This document shows, piece by piece, positions 20,808 through 31,623 of a DNA stretch of 64,000 nt. This DNA comes from Sulfolobales archaeon (GTDB lineage Archaea > Thermoproteota > Thermoprotei_A > Sulfolobales > NBVN01), in the NCBI GenBank assembly GCA_038841535.1, contig JAWBTQ010000001.1, forward strand, positions 180,142-244,141. Reading direction: 5' to 3'. Each line of letters starts with the position of its first letter. The first letter of the stretch is position 1. The notes beneath the pieces were generated by a model that made no database searches, was not told the DNA's origin, and worked only from the letters and a program-made list of their open reading frames with translations. A program made the position numbers and the translations under genes.

Positions 20808-21407
20808 CTATATTTCCTCTACTACCTTAATGAATTCCTCAGCCGCTTTTTCGACACTTCCTTCACTGTTTTGTATGAAGCGGAGAGCGGCACCAGAGAT
20901 TACTGAGCTCGCAATGGCATAGTATCGGTTTATTTGGAGAAGTTCCTCTATGGTCTCTCTAGATGATAAGTCAGCTCTGTATCTACCTGAATCCCGCAAC
21001 TGCCTCGATATTATCTCGTCAGGACTGGCTTCAATAACTGCTATGACGCTCGGTTTAAGTTCTCTTAAGACGACCAGAGGTAGACCCGGCCAGTAGCCCA
21101 ATCGAGTTTTAATTACTGCGTGTGTGTCTACTATACCAATTACACTATCTCCGGGCAGAGCCTCAAGCTCTCTGCGGATATCTCTAGCAGCTGCTTCTTG
21201 GGCTTCCAGCTGAGCAGTTAAGCTCAGACTCCTTATCTGGTCTCGGCTTTTAACTACTCCAGACTTTCTGAGGTAATTGAGCATGTAGTCACCGAAGTTT
21301 ACTAGCCTTACTGTGTACCCCTTCTCAGATAGCTTTTTAGAGGCTACTGCTAAAACAGTGCTTTTCCCTACTCCCGGGATACCGACTACTACAACAACCC
21401 GTAGCAA
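20808..21407 (-). CDS. adkA: Archaeal adenylate kinase
   Basis: GIPGVGKST, NFGDYM, RDQIR, VDTH, PGLP. Confidence 0.95.
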   Translation of the reverse strand: MLRVVVVVGIPGVGKSTVLAVASKKLSEKGYTVRLVNFGDYMLNYLRKSGVVKSRDQIRSLSLTAQLEAQEAAARDIRRELEALPGDSVIGIVDTHAVIKTRLGYWPGLPLVVLRELKPSVIAVIEASPDEIISRQLRDSGRYRADLSSRETIEELLQINRYYAIASSVISGAALRFIQNSEGSVEKAAEEFIKVVEEI

Positions 21408-21409
21408 GG

Positions 21410-22825
21410 TTACTCTCCCACGAGCCTCCTGAGTACTGGGTACATTTCGAGGGCTTGCTCGTATGTTAGTGCTGTGTAGATCTGCTGGAGTATTCCTGCG
21501 GCAAGTAAGAGACCTATGCCCCCACCGTAAACGTTGAAGATATCTGCTACGATAGCTAGTGAGGCTACTATGATAGAGCTAAGCACGGCTAGCGGGTATA
21601 CATATCTAGCAAGTACAGACTCGAGAGCCTTGGGATTGGACCTCATTCCGGGGATGCTTATCCCAGACTTCACCAAGTTTTCCGCTTGACTTGCTGGACT
21701 TAATCCTCCTACTTCCACCCACATTAGTCCAAAGAGTACTGCTAGGCCAATGAGTACGGTAGCGTATATTACGGACCTTACTGGGTCGTATATCACGCCA
21801 AGAAGCCCCCTAGGGGGACTCAAGTACATTAGAACGCTGTTAAGAGCTCCACTTAGCCACGGCAGCTGAGGTAAGTAAGCCTCAACCATGTTTCTTATCA
21901 GGAGTATGTTAGATATAACTATTCCTACGAGAAGAACCGGTATGTTAGATACGTAGAGAAAGTTTAGTGGGACTCTACCGCGAATCCCGGGAGCCCTCTG
22001 AATAGTAACAGGAACATTGATTTTCATTCCTTGTAGGTATATTATGATTATTAACAGCATAAGTGTTGCTACCATACCCGTCAGTGATGGTAGCATAGCT
22101 GCCTCACCTCCAGCTAAGTACCCAGGTACGTACCCGTATAGTAACCTCCCTGTATCTATCTCCCCACTTACAAGCCCGGTTATAATGTATGGAATTACAC
22201 CGTAGCGGTAGCTTCTAGTAGAGCCACCTAGAGTGTATACCTGCACGCTAACTGGAGCAAATATGTCCCAGACGATGGTTCTAGCGACTCCAGCGAGTAT
22301 GAATAGACTTACACCTGAGCCAATACCGTACCCCTTCTGTATAGACTCGTCAAGCATCATCAGTATTAAGGCTCCTATGAAGAACTGTAGGGCAATAGAA
22401 ACCGTTATGAAGACGTTCTGCCTGTAGGTTAGGGCAAATCCCGCGGCCTCCACTACTGCAATTATGAGTGCTAGTCCTTTCTCCGATTGAGTAAACTTCT
22501 TCCTATCATCTGGGTTAGTCAGGTCTAGCTCTATGAGCTTACCGCCCACTAAGACCTGAATTATGAGACCTGCTGTTACAATTGGTCCAATACCCAATTG
22601 AGCCAAAGTCCCGGTAGTAGCAGCAAATACTACCTGCATTACGGCAGGAAGCTGAGGTCCAGCACCAGCTGTTGTAGGATAAACTGCTACGGAAGCCATA
22701 GCGTAGTATATAACTACAGCTGCTAAAGTAAACAAAAGTCTGTACTTTAAGTCAGGCCTTCTAGACGGCTTTGGGGCTGACGGAATTATGTCACCTAGCC
22801 GCGCGAGGAAATTTAGTACCCCCAT
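21410..22825 (-). CDS. secY: Preprotein translocase SecY
   Basis: LGIGPIVTAG, GYGIGSGVSLFI, YVSNIP, IPGMR. Confidence 0.97.
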   Translation of the reverse strand: MGVLNFLARLGDIIPSAPKPSRRPDLKYRLLFTLAAVVIYYAMASVAVYPTTAGAGPQLPAVMQVVFAATTGTLAQLGIGPIVTAGLIIQVLVGGKLIELDLTNPDDRKKFTQSEKGLALIIAVVEAAGFALTYRQNVFITVSIALQFFIGALILMMLDESIQKGYGIGSGVSLFILAGVARTIVWDIFAPVSVQVYTLGGSTRSYRYGVIPYIITGLVSGEIDTGRLLYGYVPGYLAGGEAAMLPSLTGMVATLMLLIIIIYLQGMKINVPVTIQRAPGIRGRVPLNFLYVSNIPVLLVGIVISNILLIRNMVEAYLPQLPWLSGALNSVLMYLSPPRGLLGVIYDPVRSVIYATVLIGLAVLFGLMWVEVGGLSPASQAENLVKSGISIPGMRSNPKALESVLARYVYPLAVLSSIIVASLAIVADIFNVYGGGIGLLLAAGILQQIYTALTYEQALEMYPVLRRLVGE

Positions 22826-23072
22826 CTACGACACACCATTCCTATTCCTTGCCTAGAAGTCAGTGAACTGGTAGCTTAAAAGCTATCCAATAGCTATAAG
22901 AAAACCCTCGCCAACTAACTACTTCCCATAAAAGGTAGTGCAACCATCAGCTGTAACCACTAATTGTTTGCTTATTTATAGAAATGTAGCATAGCTCGTG
23001 TGAGCATCCTAAATTAGCTTAATTTAACTGTGAGGAAACTATTAAGTGCGGAACTAAACTGGAATCGACTAC

Positions 23073-23531
23073 CTACTTCTCAGATTGCTTCTTTAGTATC
23101 GTTATTTCTCCACCAGCTTTACTTATCTTTTCTACAGCTTCTCTTGTTGCTTTGTATACGACTACCTTGAGCTTTAGGTCTATCTCTCCTCGCCCAAGAA
23201 GCTTGTTGTATCCGAGAGTAGCTAAGTCGAGAACGTAGTGCTCTCCCTCTTTTTGTATCTCACCCCTAGATTCTAGGTATTTCACTAACTCACTCAACTC
23301 ACCAACGTTGATGGTCCTATATTCCTCCCTAATCTTGATCGGGTAAGTAAATCCGTGTTTCCCATACCAGTTAGGGAAATACTTAACTACCCACGACCAC
23401 TTATGTTTATGCATACCTGCTGCTCCTTTACCACCCCGACTACCGCTCTTTCTGTGCTGTCCTATACTGCCGTAGCCGTGAGTCCTTATACCGCGCATCG
23501 ACCTGCTCTTCTTCTTCTTTCTCACCACCAT
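23073..23531 (-). CDS. rpl15: 50S ribosomal protein uL15
   Basis: RTHGYG, HRKSGSRGG, KLLGRG. Confidence 0.96.
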   Translation of the reverse strand: MVVRKKKKSRSMRGIRTHGYGSIGQHRKSGSRGGKGAAGMHKHKWSWVVKYFPNWYGKHGFTYPIKIREEYRTINVGELSELVKYLESRGEIQKEGEHYVLDLATLGYNKLLGRGEIDLKLKVVVYKATREAVEKISKAGGEITILKKQSEK

Positions 23532-23544
23532 TCTGAACCACCTG

Positions 23545-24018
23545 CTATATGAGTCTAGTGAGAAGACTATTTATCTCCGCACCTCTATATCCAAGCTCTC
23601 CTCCAGATCCGTAAGGCTTCTTAACACTCCCCTTAAAGCCTCCGCGCGGTGGATGTAGCCTGAAGACTGGTTTCACGTAGTCTTCATACTGGTGCCACAA
23701 AATCCTCCCCTCGTATAAAGCACTCACTAACTCATCAACACTATCTACTCTGAACACTCTCTTTACGTCTTCTTCACTTATCGGTTTCCCTCCTACAACC
23801 CTACCCCTCTTCAAGATCAGCAACTTCAGTACGTCCCTACTGATCTCACCCCAAGTCACCCAGTCCTTAACTACCTTCAGCATTCCCTCTAAACTCTCTG
23901 ACTTCGGGTAGACCACGGCATGGAAGGGTTTTACAAGCCTCAGCAAGCGTAGAGCATGCTCAACATCTGTTGGTACGTCTGCAGTACCTCTTATCCTCAC
24001 AATAGCGTAGAGCACCAT
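23545..24018 (-). CDS. rpl30: 50S ribosomal protein uL30
   Basis: VRIRG, FRLHPPRGG, GELGYRG. Confidence 0.96.
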   Translation of the reverse strand: MVLYAIVRIRGTADVPTDVEHALRLLRLVKPFHAVVYPKSESLEGMLKVVKDWVTWGEISRDVLKLLILKRGRVVGGKPISEEDVKRVFRVDSVDELVSALYEGRILWHQYEDYVKPVFRLHPPRGGFKGSVKKPYGSGGELGYRGAEINSLLTRLI

Positions 24019-24021
24019 ATT

Positions 24022-24660
24022 TCAGACACCTCTGCGCCAGTCAGTAGGAGCCATAAACTTATAGGTCCTTCTTAAAGCATCGTAAGCTGCTAAAGCAAAG
24101 TTGAGTGAAGTCCTAGTCTCGCCTTTAGACCATGTCCACACGTCTCTTATTCCAGCGTACCTAAGAATCACTTTAGCTACATCTCCAGCAACTAGACCAG
24201 TACCCTTAGGAGCAGGCTTGAGAATCATTCTAATACTCCCAGCTTTCCCACTTATAGCAAATGGAACGCTGTGAGGCTCCTTGCAGGAGCACTCCCAGCT
24301 GCCACAACCCCTCCTCACTGGAACTATGTTTAGCTTTGCCTCTCTGATGGCCTTATCGATAGCCTGCCTTAACTGCTTGGCTTTACCGATACCCACTCCA
24401 ACGTAACCATCAAAATTCCCAACTACAACCATAACACGAAACCTTGACACCTCACCGGCATCAGTCTGCTTCTGGACTATAGACACGTTGATAACTTCGT
24501 GCTTTAAGTCCGGCAGTAAATAGTCGACGATCTCGGGCTCCTGTATAAGCCAGTTGTTATCGAATATCTCTCTAATACTAACAACCTTACCCTCCTTAAC
24601 CATCATACCAAGCTTCGTCCTCGGCACCCACGACTCCAGGCCTGAACCAGTCTCAGACAC
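24022..24660 (-). CDS. rps5: 30S ribosomal protein uS5
   Basis: [28 protein letters not shown]. Confidence 0.97.
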   Translation of the reverse strand: MSETGSGLESWVPRTKLGMMVKEGKVVSIREIFDNNWLIQEPEIVDYLLPDLKHEVINVSIVQKQTDAGEVSRFRVMVVVGNFDGYVGVGIGKAKQLRQAIDKAIREAKLNIVPVRRGCGSWECSCKEPHSVPFAISGKAGSIRMILKPAPKGTGLVAGDVAKVILRYAGIRDVWTWSKGETRTSLNFALAAYDALRRTYKFMAPTDWRRGV

Positions 24661-24662
24661 GG

Positions 24663-25262
24663 CTAACCACCAGAAAAGGCTTTAACTATATTCGCCTTAA
24701 CTTCGTCGAAGTGCTTCGGCAACTCACGTGGATCGAGCCCTCTCTCAAGGTATTCGGAGAATAGCTTCCTAAATCTATCCTCACTTTCAGTAAATAATGC
24801 TTCAGCATACTTTGCTATATGTTCTCCCCGTATTCTATCACCTGAAGGCAGTACTTCATCAGATACTGGAACTTCGACACCTGCATCTCTCAGCCCCCTT
24901 ACTGCGGCAAAGATGCGGCACCCTCTAACAGGTCTATGTAGTCCAATATCGAGAATAGCTCCTGTAATACCCATCTTCACTGCTTTAAGTCCCGCAATAA
25001 AACCCGTTAAGTAAGCAGCTGAACTGTTGTTGTAACCTCCCTTCCAACCGTACTTAGATAGAGCTCTACTGTGTACAGCTACTCTCGTTACGTCTCCCTT
25101 AGGTGCGAACTCCATTATCTGCACTACTACGTAATTGTTAGTTTTTCTTACAACAGCCCTCACTTTTTGTCCGGACTTAACCATTCTGTACCTTCTGTAG
25201 TAGTTAGTTTTACCCTCTCTCCTCCTTCTGAGAGGAACCTTGTAGCTAGCACCTCTAGCCAT
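24663..25262 (-). CDS. rpl18: 50S ribosomal protein uL18
   Basis: [21 protein letters not shown]. Confidence 0.97.
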   Translation of the reverse strand: MARGASYKVPLRRRREGKTNYYRRYRMVKSGQKVRAVVRKTNNYVVVQIMEFAPKGDVTRVAVHSRALSKYGWKGGYNNSSAAYLTGFIAGLKAVKMGITGAILDIGLHRPVRGCRIFAAVRGLRDAGVEVPVSDEVLPSGDRIRGEHIAKYAEALFTESEDRFRKLFSEYLERGLDPRELPKHFDEVKANIVKAFSGG

Positions 25263-25263
25263 A

Positions 25264-25716
25264 CTATCTCACCTGTATACCCATAGCTACCAAATGCCTC
25301 TTGAGGTCCGGTAAGTTCTTAAAGGCCCCTCCCTTAGCTAGTCTGTAAAGTCTTCTATATGTCGCAGTATCTATGACCTCGTTATCCCTAAGCCACTTAA
25401 TAAACCTTCTGACTTTTCTTATGGTTTTAACCCACTTCTCGCGAGGTTCTTCTCTCGCACCTTTAGCTCCCTTTCTCTTGCCAGGACCTCTTCTATGACC
25501 CCTCTTCCTCTTTTCGTGTCTCTCCTTCCACCTCCCTCTTGAGTTTCTTCCGGAGGGTTCGACCCATATCACACCTTCTTTAACTAACTTCCTTACATCC
25601 TCCTTGGTTAGTGCTGACTCTATATCAGCAACCCTCTCTGGATCAAACTTGACCCTGTTCTCTCCTACCTTCAGTATCTCAGCAGCCAGTCTCCTCTGCA
25701 GTGTTAGGTCCACCAT
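25264..25716 (-). CDS. rpl19e: 50S ribosomal protein eL19
   Basis: [23 protein letters not shown]. Confidence 0.97.
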   Translation of the reverse strand: MVDLTLQRRLAAEILKVGENRVKFDPERVADIESALTKEDVRKLVKEGVIWVEPSGRNSRGRWKERHEKRKRGHRRGPGKRKGAKGAREEPREKWVKTIRKVRRFIKWLRDNEVIDTATYRRLYRLAKGGAFKNLPDLKRHLVAMGIQVR

Positions 25717-26108
25717 CACGCACCACCTGGATTAGCTACTCGGAACCCCATCTCCTGAGCCTTTCTAACTATCTCTAACCTCTTTCTTAGTCCTACGGTA
25801 GAGCTAATATAGACTATGTTCCTTGACGGATCTAATCCACTAAGGTCTCTCAAACTACTAACCACTGCTGGCTCAAGACCTGACGGATGAAGACCTCTAA
25901 TGGCTGCTGGTGTCCCATATCCAGATGAAGCTATTGGGGGGAGGCCTTTGAGTCTTAACCTCATCGGGTTATCCTTACCTCTCGGCCTCCTCCACTTTGG
26001 GTCATTTCTGAATTTAGAGAACTTCCACCACTTGTTTCTATAGAAACGCAGCTTTAACTTTTTCTCGATTAGCTTCTTAGCCTCGTCTGAACTTAGCGTG
26101 CTACCCAC
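25716..26108 (-). CDS. rpl32e: 50S ribosomal protein eL32
   Basis: WRRPRGKDN, RGLHPSG; start moved to GTG 26108 after GAGGTG. Confidence 0.95.
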   Translation of the reverse strand: MGSTLSSDEAKKLIEKKLKLRFYRNKWWKFSKFRNDPKWRRPRGKDNPMRLRLKGLPPIASSGYGTPAAIRGLHPSGLEPAVVSSLRDLSGLDPSRNIVYISSTVGLRKRLEIVRKAQEMGFRVANPGGA

Positions 26109-26118
26109 TACCACCACC

Positions 26119-26673
26119 TCAATCAGCGTAACCTCTTTCGTAAATGTATATCCCGTCGACAAAAACCCTTCTATCGAACTCTCTTATCTTAGTCGCTTGC
26201 TCTATGTTAGCAGCTGTTTGAGCTACTGCCTCGAGGTCGCATCCTTCTACAGTAACGTCAGTCTTACCTACCGTAACTTTCACGTTCCCCATTATTCTAG
26301 CTACTCTAGGTGCTCTCTCCCCGATGAAGTTCTCGATAAACACCTTATCGCCCTCTACTCTAACAGTTACCGGGAAGTGAGAGTACACTATCTTGAGCTT
26401 GTATCTATAGCCCTTAGTAACACCATCCAGCATGTTCTTAATGTGAGACATTATCGAGTAAAACTGTGCCTTCAGCTCTCTATCTGCAAAGTACGCCTCA
26501 AGAACTACAGCTCCTCCCTCAATCCTTATCACCATCCCTCTTGCGTAGCTGAAGTCCCTCTCGACTACTCCCTTAGGTCCCCTCACACGTACTTTCTTCC
26601 CTTCTAGTTCTACGCTAACTCCAACCGGAATAACTATCTCCTCCCTCAGTCTAACAGCCCGAGCCATTAGCAT
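26119..26673 (-). CDS. rpl6: 50S ribosomal protein uL6
   Basis: YSHFP, NFIGER, DRRVFVDGIY. Confidence 0.97.
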   Translation of the reverse strand: MLMARAVRLREEIVIPVGVSVELEGKKVRVRGPKGVVERDFSYARGMVIRIEGGAVVLEAYFADRELKAQFYSIMSHIKNMLDGVTKGYRYKLKIVYSHFPVTVRVEGDKVFIENFIGERAPRVARIMGNVKVTVGKTDVTVEGCDLEAVAQTAANIEQATKIREFDRRVFVDGIYIYERGYAD

Positions 26674-26676
26674 CCC

Positions 26677-27078
26677 CTAGTAGACATACGCTATTAGCAC
26701 ACCACCGATTCTTCTCTCTATAGCCTCTATATGCGATATCACTCCCTGGGACGTAGAAAGCACTAATATACCTATATCACGAGACGGTAAGTAACTTTTT
26801 AGCCAATCCGGCATCCTCAGCAAATCTACGTACTTAACTGAGTACCTTGGCTTAATGGCTCCACACTTATTTATTCTACCCAAGAGCTGTATCTTAAGCT
26901 TTCCCCACCTCCCGTCATCGATGTGCTCGAACTCCCCTATGTAACCATATCTCTGCATTACTCTAAGAACTGACGCTACTAACTTTGAAGACGGCATCAA
27001 CAGAGCCTCCCGATTGCCTCTCATTTCGTTATTGTATATCGTTGATAGAGCGTTTGCGAGAGTGTCCACCGACACCAT
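26677..27078 (-). CDS. rps8: 30S ribosomal protein uS8
   Basis: [28 protein letters not shown]. Confidence 0.97.
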   Translation of the reverse strand: MVSVDTLANALSTIYNNEMRGNREALLMPSSKLVASVLRVMQRYGYIGEFEHIDDGRWGKLKIQLLGRINKCGAIKPRYSVKYVDLLRMPDWLKSYLPSRDIGILVLSTSQGVISHIEAIERRIGGVLIAYVY

Positions 27079-27087
27079 AGTCTCACC

Positions 27088-27252
27088 TTACATGTACTTC
27101 TTAAACCCGAGCTGCATTGCTACCTCCCTAAAGCACTGCCTACATAGATAAAGACCGTACTTCTGTATTACCGCATCACGACTACCACACCTCCTACACA
27201 CTTGAACTCCCTTTCCATACCTCCTAACTATGGGCCTCCGGTACTTACCCAA
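27088..27252 (-). CDS. rps14: 30S ribosomal protein uS14
   Basis: CRRCG...LCRQCFRE; TTG start at 27252. Confidence 0.96.
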   Translation of the reverse strand: MGKYRRPIVRRYGKGVQVCRRCGSRDAVIQKYGLYLCRQCFREVAMQLGFKKYM

Positions 27253-27817
27253 AACCGACCACCTTAACACCCAGCTTAGACATGAAGAACACTACTGCTT
27301 CTTCTCTACTTACCCTATGCCTTCTAGGTATGTTAGACCTACATCTCCGTCTCCTCATAACTCTGTAGCCGGGCCTCTCCAGCTTTACTGTTACATCCAT
27401 TCCGAAGATTCCTATATCTGGGTCATACTTTGATCCGGGGAGCACTATATGCTCCTTTATACCAAAAGAAACGTTGCCGTAGTCATCAAAACTTGAGTAC
27501 TTGATCCTGCGACCAATAGCGGTTAGCGCTTTATCGAGAAACTCCATAGCTCTAGGACCGCGAAGTGTGACAGCTACTGCTATAGGCTCGCCTTTCTTTA
27601 TGTTGAATTCTTTAATAGTTCTCTTAGCTCTCCTAAGAGATGGTTTCTGCCCTACCAATTGCTCAAGCAGTCTAGTCGCCCTCTCTAGCCTCTCACCAGA
27701 AACCCCAACACCCATGTTAATAACGACTTTAGCTACTCTAGGCTCGAGCATCTTGTTAGAGGCCCACTTACTAGTAAGCTCTCTCACTCTTTCTTCCACA
27801 GCTTCCATCATCGTCAC
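27245..27817 (-). CDS. rpl5: 50S ribosomal protein uL5
   Basis: KVVINMGVG, VTLRG, GNVSFGIKEH, GIFGMD. Confidence 0.97.
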   Translation of the reverse strand: MTMMEAVEERVRELTSKWASNKMLEPRVAKVVINMGVGVSGERLERATRLLEQLVGQKPSLRRAKRTIKEFNIKKGEPIAVAVTLRGPRAMEFLDKALTAIGRRIKYSSFDDYGNVSFGIKEHIVLPGSKYDPDIGIFGMDVTVKLERPGYRVMRRRRCRSNIPRRHRVSREEAVVFFMSKLGVKVVGFG

Positions 27818-28572
27818 CTCATCCCACCACTCTTTACAGTCGCGGGCAGGGCGATTTCTGGCTTCTCGATACCGACTACGAACACCTTATCTAGCGATGT
27901 ATAGAAACTGCCTCCGGTGACGTCCTCTAAGAGGACTAGTTTCCTATAGTGGCGCATGCCTTCACTCACGCTTAAGACTCTGCCGACTCTACCTACGTTC
28001 ATACCGCCCACTATTGTCGCAAGAACTCCCTTCTCTATCGGAATGTAACCCAGCAACCTGTAGTCAGGAATAGAGACTTTTAATACTGACATCGTAGTGA
28101 GCTTCTTTGCCTCCTCGTTTGAGACTTCCACGTTCTTACCGTCATGTAGGTTTAACTGGACTTTCCCTCCCTTGAGGGTGGTCTTGTTTTCGATTCTGCA
28201 CAACTTAAACAATGCCTCCTCTTTCGATATCGGAATAAGCGCTAAAACCTTTACGGGTACTGGGACTATCCTAAACAACTCTCCTGTATCTACTATCTCT
28301 AAAACATCCATTAAACCTACTGGGAACTTGTAATCACGCCTAACGCGGCCATCTACCTTAAAGTGCCCCTCAGCTATCAGCTTTCTAGCTTCCCTATAGG
28401 TCTTTGCGTATCCAATGACATCTCTAATTACAATTAGTAGCGGGAGCGCTCTACTTACTGGGTGTGGACCGGGAGACGGTCTAACAGTCCACATCGCCTC
28501 CTTTCTCAACAAAGGCCAGAAATCTGGGGCAGCTAATCTCTTCAGGTGCCTACTACCTCCCATCCTACCCAC
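27814..28572 (-). CDS. rps4e: 30S ribosomal protein eS4
   Basis: HLKRLAAP, PSPGPH, VDGRVR, QLNLHDG. Confidence 0.97.
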   Translation of the reverse strand: MGRMGGSRHLKRLAAPDFWPLLRKEAMWTVRPSPGPHPVSRALPLLIVIRDVIGYAKTYREARKLIAEGHFKVDGRVRRDYKFPVGLMDVLEIVDTGELFRIVPVPVKVLALIPISKEEALFKLCRIENKTTLKGGKVQLNLHDGKNVEVSNEEAKKLTTMSVLKVSIPDYRLLGYIPIEKGVLATIVGGMNVGRVGRVLSVSEGMRHYRKLVLLEDVTGGSFYTSLDKVFVVGIEKPEIALPATVKSGGMR

Positions 28573-28970
28573 TACTTACCACCTCCTGAAGTCTCCTTCC
28601 TTCTCTCTATAATCTTTTCTCTTACCTTATCTACCTTACCGAGCTTCATTATCACTACCTTAGAGGGGTGTACAGGGTAAGGCACGGGGGTACCGTCAGC
28701 TTTCTTGATTGTTATTCCTTCAATATATATCCTAACTCTCTTGAGGTCGACTCTTAAGACCTTCCCCTCGTGGCCAGCCCAGTCCCCTCTAACAACTCTA
28801 ACTACGTCATCCTTTCTGACCGGTAACCTCTCAACTCCGTACTCCTTCTCAAGGTCTTCCGAGAGGGGGGCATTAAAGTACCTGTGCTTAGAATGTAAGT
28901 AGGCCTTAAAGAAAGCCAACCTCTGTTTACGGGGTTGCTTACTGATATCTCGTGTCACCATAGCTATCAC
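28572..28970 (-). CDS. rpl24: 50S ribosomal protein uL24
   Basis: SKQPRKQR, KOW motif, HPSKV. Confidence 0.96.
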   Translation of the reverse strand: MIAMVTRDISKQPRKQRLAFFKAYLHSKHRYFNAPLSEDLEKEYGVERLPVRKDDVVRVVRGDWAGHEGKVLRVDLKRVRIYIEGITIKKADGTPVPYPVHPSKVVIMKLGKVDKVREKIIERRKETSGGGK

Positions 28971-28971
28971 C

Positions 28972-29391
28972 CTAGACCACGAGTGTCGCTAAGTTGGCTA
29001 TCCCCGGCCATCTCTCAGCAGCCTCCCTCGCGACCGGCCCTCTTATTTCACTACCCTTAGGGTTGCCCTCAGGTGTAACTATAACGCACGCGTTATCTTC
29101 GAACGCTATCCAGCTTCCATCTGGTCTCCTATAGGGCTTGCGCTGCCTAATAACTACTGCCTGCATCACCTGGCCGATGAGCTCTGTTTTACCTCGTTTA
29201 ACTGTCACTACGATTAGGTCCCCCACCGTAGCGAAGGGAACTCTCCTCAACCTCGTTTTAACTCCTGTTGCACCTACCATCATCACTTCTTTAGCACCGC
29301 TGTTATCTGCCACATTAAGTCTAGTTCCGTTAATGATTCCCGGGGACCTTCCTAATCTACTAAACCTAGCTGTAGACTTCACTGAGCTCAT
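28972..29391 (-). CDS. rpl14: 50S ribosomal protein uL14
   Basis: [19 protein letters not shown]. Confidence 0.97.
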   Translation of the reverse strand: MSSVKSTARFSRLGRSPGIINGTRLNVADNSGAKEVMMVGATGVKTRLRRVPFATVGDLIVVTVKRGKTELIGQVMQAVVIRQRKPYRRPDGSWIAFEDNACVIVTPEGNPKGSEIRGPVAREAAERWPGIANLATLVV

Positions 29392-29750
29392 TCAGTGCCA
29401 CCCCTACGGAGTGCCCCCAGAACTACCCAGGAAACTGATTTAGCGAGAGGTCTTGTTTCACCTATTAGAACCATGTCCCCTGGAGAGACCTTTATACAGG
29501 GGGGTAGGTACGCATGTATCCTAGACCTACGCTTCTCGTACCTGCGGAACTTTCCAATATAGACCAAGTAGTCTCTCTCGATTACAACCATTCTCTGCGC
29601 TCTTGTTTTGTAAACTCTGCCTTCTAATAAACCACCACGAACCTTTAGATGACCGTGCCATGGGCATTTCGGGTCAGAGCACGCCTCTTGTGGAGGATTA
29701 AGCCCCTTATAGCCTATCCCAACGTTATTTACTTTAACTCCCTCACTCAT
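29388..29750 (-). CDS. rps17: 30S ribosomal protein uS17
   Basis: [24 protein letters not shown]. Confidence 0.96.
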   Translation of the reverse strand: MSEGVKVNNVGIGYKGLNPPQEACSDPKCPWHGHLKVRGGLLEGRVYKTRAQRMVVIERDYLVYIGKFRRYEKRRSRIHAYLPPCIKVSPGDMVLIGETRPLAKSVSWVVLGALRRGGTE

Positions 29751-29755
29751 ATCCC

Positions 29756-30031
29756 TCACCAACACATTTTAACCCTTTCCTCAGGATTATCGAGGATCTC
29801 CTCACCTTCAACTATCACTAAGCTATCTGAACTAGGTAGCTTAAAAGAAAATCTTCCGAACCTTTTTGAAACTTTGAACTCGCGATCCGAAGCCTCCACA
29901 ACCAGCATGTTCTTTGTTTCCCAGACAACTAACCCGCTAAGTCCCTCAAGTCGTTTGTCACTGTGCTCTAACACACTTACTTCCAAACCTATCAGCTCAT
30001 GGCATTTGAGGTTGTTCCTGGAATACCTCAC
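29756..30031 (-). CDS. rnp1: Ribonuclease P protein component 1 (Rpp29)
   Basis: HELIGL, GLVVWETKNML, PEER; conserved operon position. Confidence 0.92.
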   Translation of the reverse strand: MRYSRNNLKCHELIGLEVSVLEHSDKRLEGLSGLVVWETKNMLVVEASDREFKVSKRFGRFSFKLPSSDSLVIVEGEEILDNPEERVKMCW

Positions 30032-30237
30032 TTGCTAACACCTCTTGCGCGTTCCTCGTTGAGGACCGTAAGAATGCGGGCTATATTCTTTCTTACTATC
30101 CTTATTCTCGCAGTATTCGTCAATGTCCCCACTCTAGCCTGAGTCCTCAGCTTCAGCAGTTCCATTCTAAGCTCGCTAAGTAGCTTAACCCTATCCTCTG
30201 CACTCATTTCCCGTATTTCTCTTGCCGATAAACTCAC
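30028..30237 (-). CDS. rpl29: 50S ribosomal protein uL29
   Basis: EIREMS, RKNIARILTV. Confidence 0.96.
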   Translation of the reverse strand: MSLSAREIREMSAEDRVKLLSELRMELLKLRTQARVGTLTNTARIRIVRKNIARILTVLNEERARGVSK

Positions 30238-30881
30238 TTAACACCACCCTCAGCTCCCTGAAGCACCTGCGGTGAAGCTTCCTGAGTCTGGGTTTTAATA
30301 ACAACAAGGTCGTCGGGAGTACCTGGCTTGACTATGATTACCTCAATGCCGTAAATCCCGGGCTTTAGAAGAACACTCGATATAGCTCTATCAACAAGTC
30401 TATCAGAGTGTCCTCCTGTCTTGTATACTTTACCGGCCTTGACCTTCTCGTACCTTGCTCTCTCGGAAGTCAGCTTGCCACTGATTACTATCTCACAACC
30501 GACAGCCCCAGCAGCCATTATCCTTCTGAGGGCAACAAATGCGGCGCGCCTGAAGTGATAACCCTTCTCAAGAGCTAGAGCTATTCTAGATGCCATAACC
30601 CTAGCACTAAGCTCCGGAACTTCGAGGCCAGTCACAGTAATCTGCGGGTTTTCCAACTTGAAGTACTTAGAAAGAAGGTCGGCCAGTTTTTTAATCTGCT
30701 GACCTCTTCTACCTATGACCATAGCTGGTCTATCAGCATATATGATTACTCTATCACCAAGAGGAGTTCTAAAGAGGTCGACACCAACATATCCGGCCTT
30801 AGAGAGCGTTTTAGCAAGGTACTCATCGATTTTCAGTCTGGTGACATTCATTTCTAGAAAGTACTTCTTTATGTCTACCAC
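30234..30881 (-). CDS. rps3: 30S ribosomal protein uS3
   Basis: KH domain VIGRRG, FRRA, ISGKL. Confidence 0.97.
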   Translation of the reverse strand: MVDIKKYFLEMNVTRLKIDEYLAKTLSKAGYVGVDLFRTPLGDRVIIYADRPAMVIGRRGQQIKKLADLLSKYFKLENPQITVTGLEVPELSARVMASRIALALEKGYHFRRAAFVALRRIMAAGAVGCEIVISGKLTSERARYEKVKAGKVYKTGGHSDRLVDRAISSVLLKPGIYGIEVIIVKPGTPDDLVVIKTQTQEASPQVLQGAEGGVK

Positions 30882-30884
30882 AGA

Positions 30885-31364
30885 TTACACCTCCTCCACC
30901 ATAACCTCGACGTGAGTCAGTGACCTGAACTTAGGTGTCGCTCGCCCAAAGGCTCTCGGCATCCACCTCTTTAAGTAAGGACCTCTATGTACTGCTGCGT
31001 GTATAATTACCAACCTCTCTAGGTCTAACCCCTTCGACTCCGCGTTATTCTCTAAATTACTAAGAAGCTTAAGAATATACTTTGCCGTTTTTACGGGATA
31101 TCTCCCGATAGGCGAGCTCCACTTAGGAAAACTATCTGAAAGACCTGGTTTGTGCGCGATTGAAAGCTTATGCCTTGTGTAAGGTACTGCCCTCTTCATA
31201 GCAATAATATCCTCAAGAAACTTCTTGGCTTCACTGAGCTTCATACCTCTCAATATTTTAAGTATCTCGTAGGCTTCCTTCCTAGATATCGGTGCATCCC
31301 ACATCATAGCTTTCGCTACTCGCGACTCGTCCCGCAACTTTAGCGAGTAGCTCCATACCGGCAT
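30885..31364 (-). CDS. rpl22: 50S ribosomal protein uL22
   Basis: GRYPVK, NNAESKGL, PRAFGRA; ATG at 31364, with its own TATA (CTTATAAG) upstream. Confidence 0.97.
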   Translation of the reverse strand: MPVWSYSLKLRDESRVAKAMMWDAPISRKEAYEILKILRGMKLSEAKKFLEDIIAMKRAVPYTRHKLSIAHKPGLSDSFPKWSSPIGRYPVKTAKYILKLLSNLENNAESKGLDLERLVIIHAAVHRGPYLKRWMPRAFGRATPKFRSLTHVEVMVEEV

Positions 31365-31623
31365 ACTCCAGACCAAACCTTAATGTTCGGACTAAGCCTT
31401 ATAAGCTTCAGGTATGTGTAAAGAGAAGCTATCTCGATTATTAGCGCATGTAATCTTAGTACCTATATTAGCACTAAACACTACCACATAGCGTCTCTGC
31501 TACGATCAATACTCAATAGATCTACGAAGAGCGGTAAGCCGCGCTCCTATGAAACACTTTCCAGCCTTGCGCAACTGTTTCGTCTTTCATATCTGTTTGT
31601 ATTGGTTGATATTGATCGGAAAC

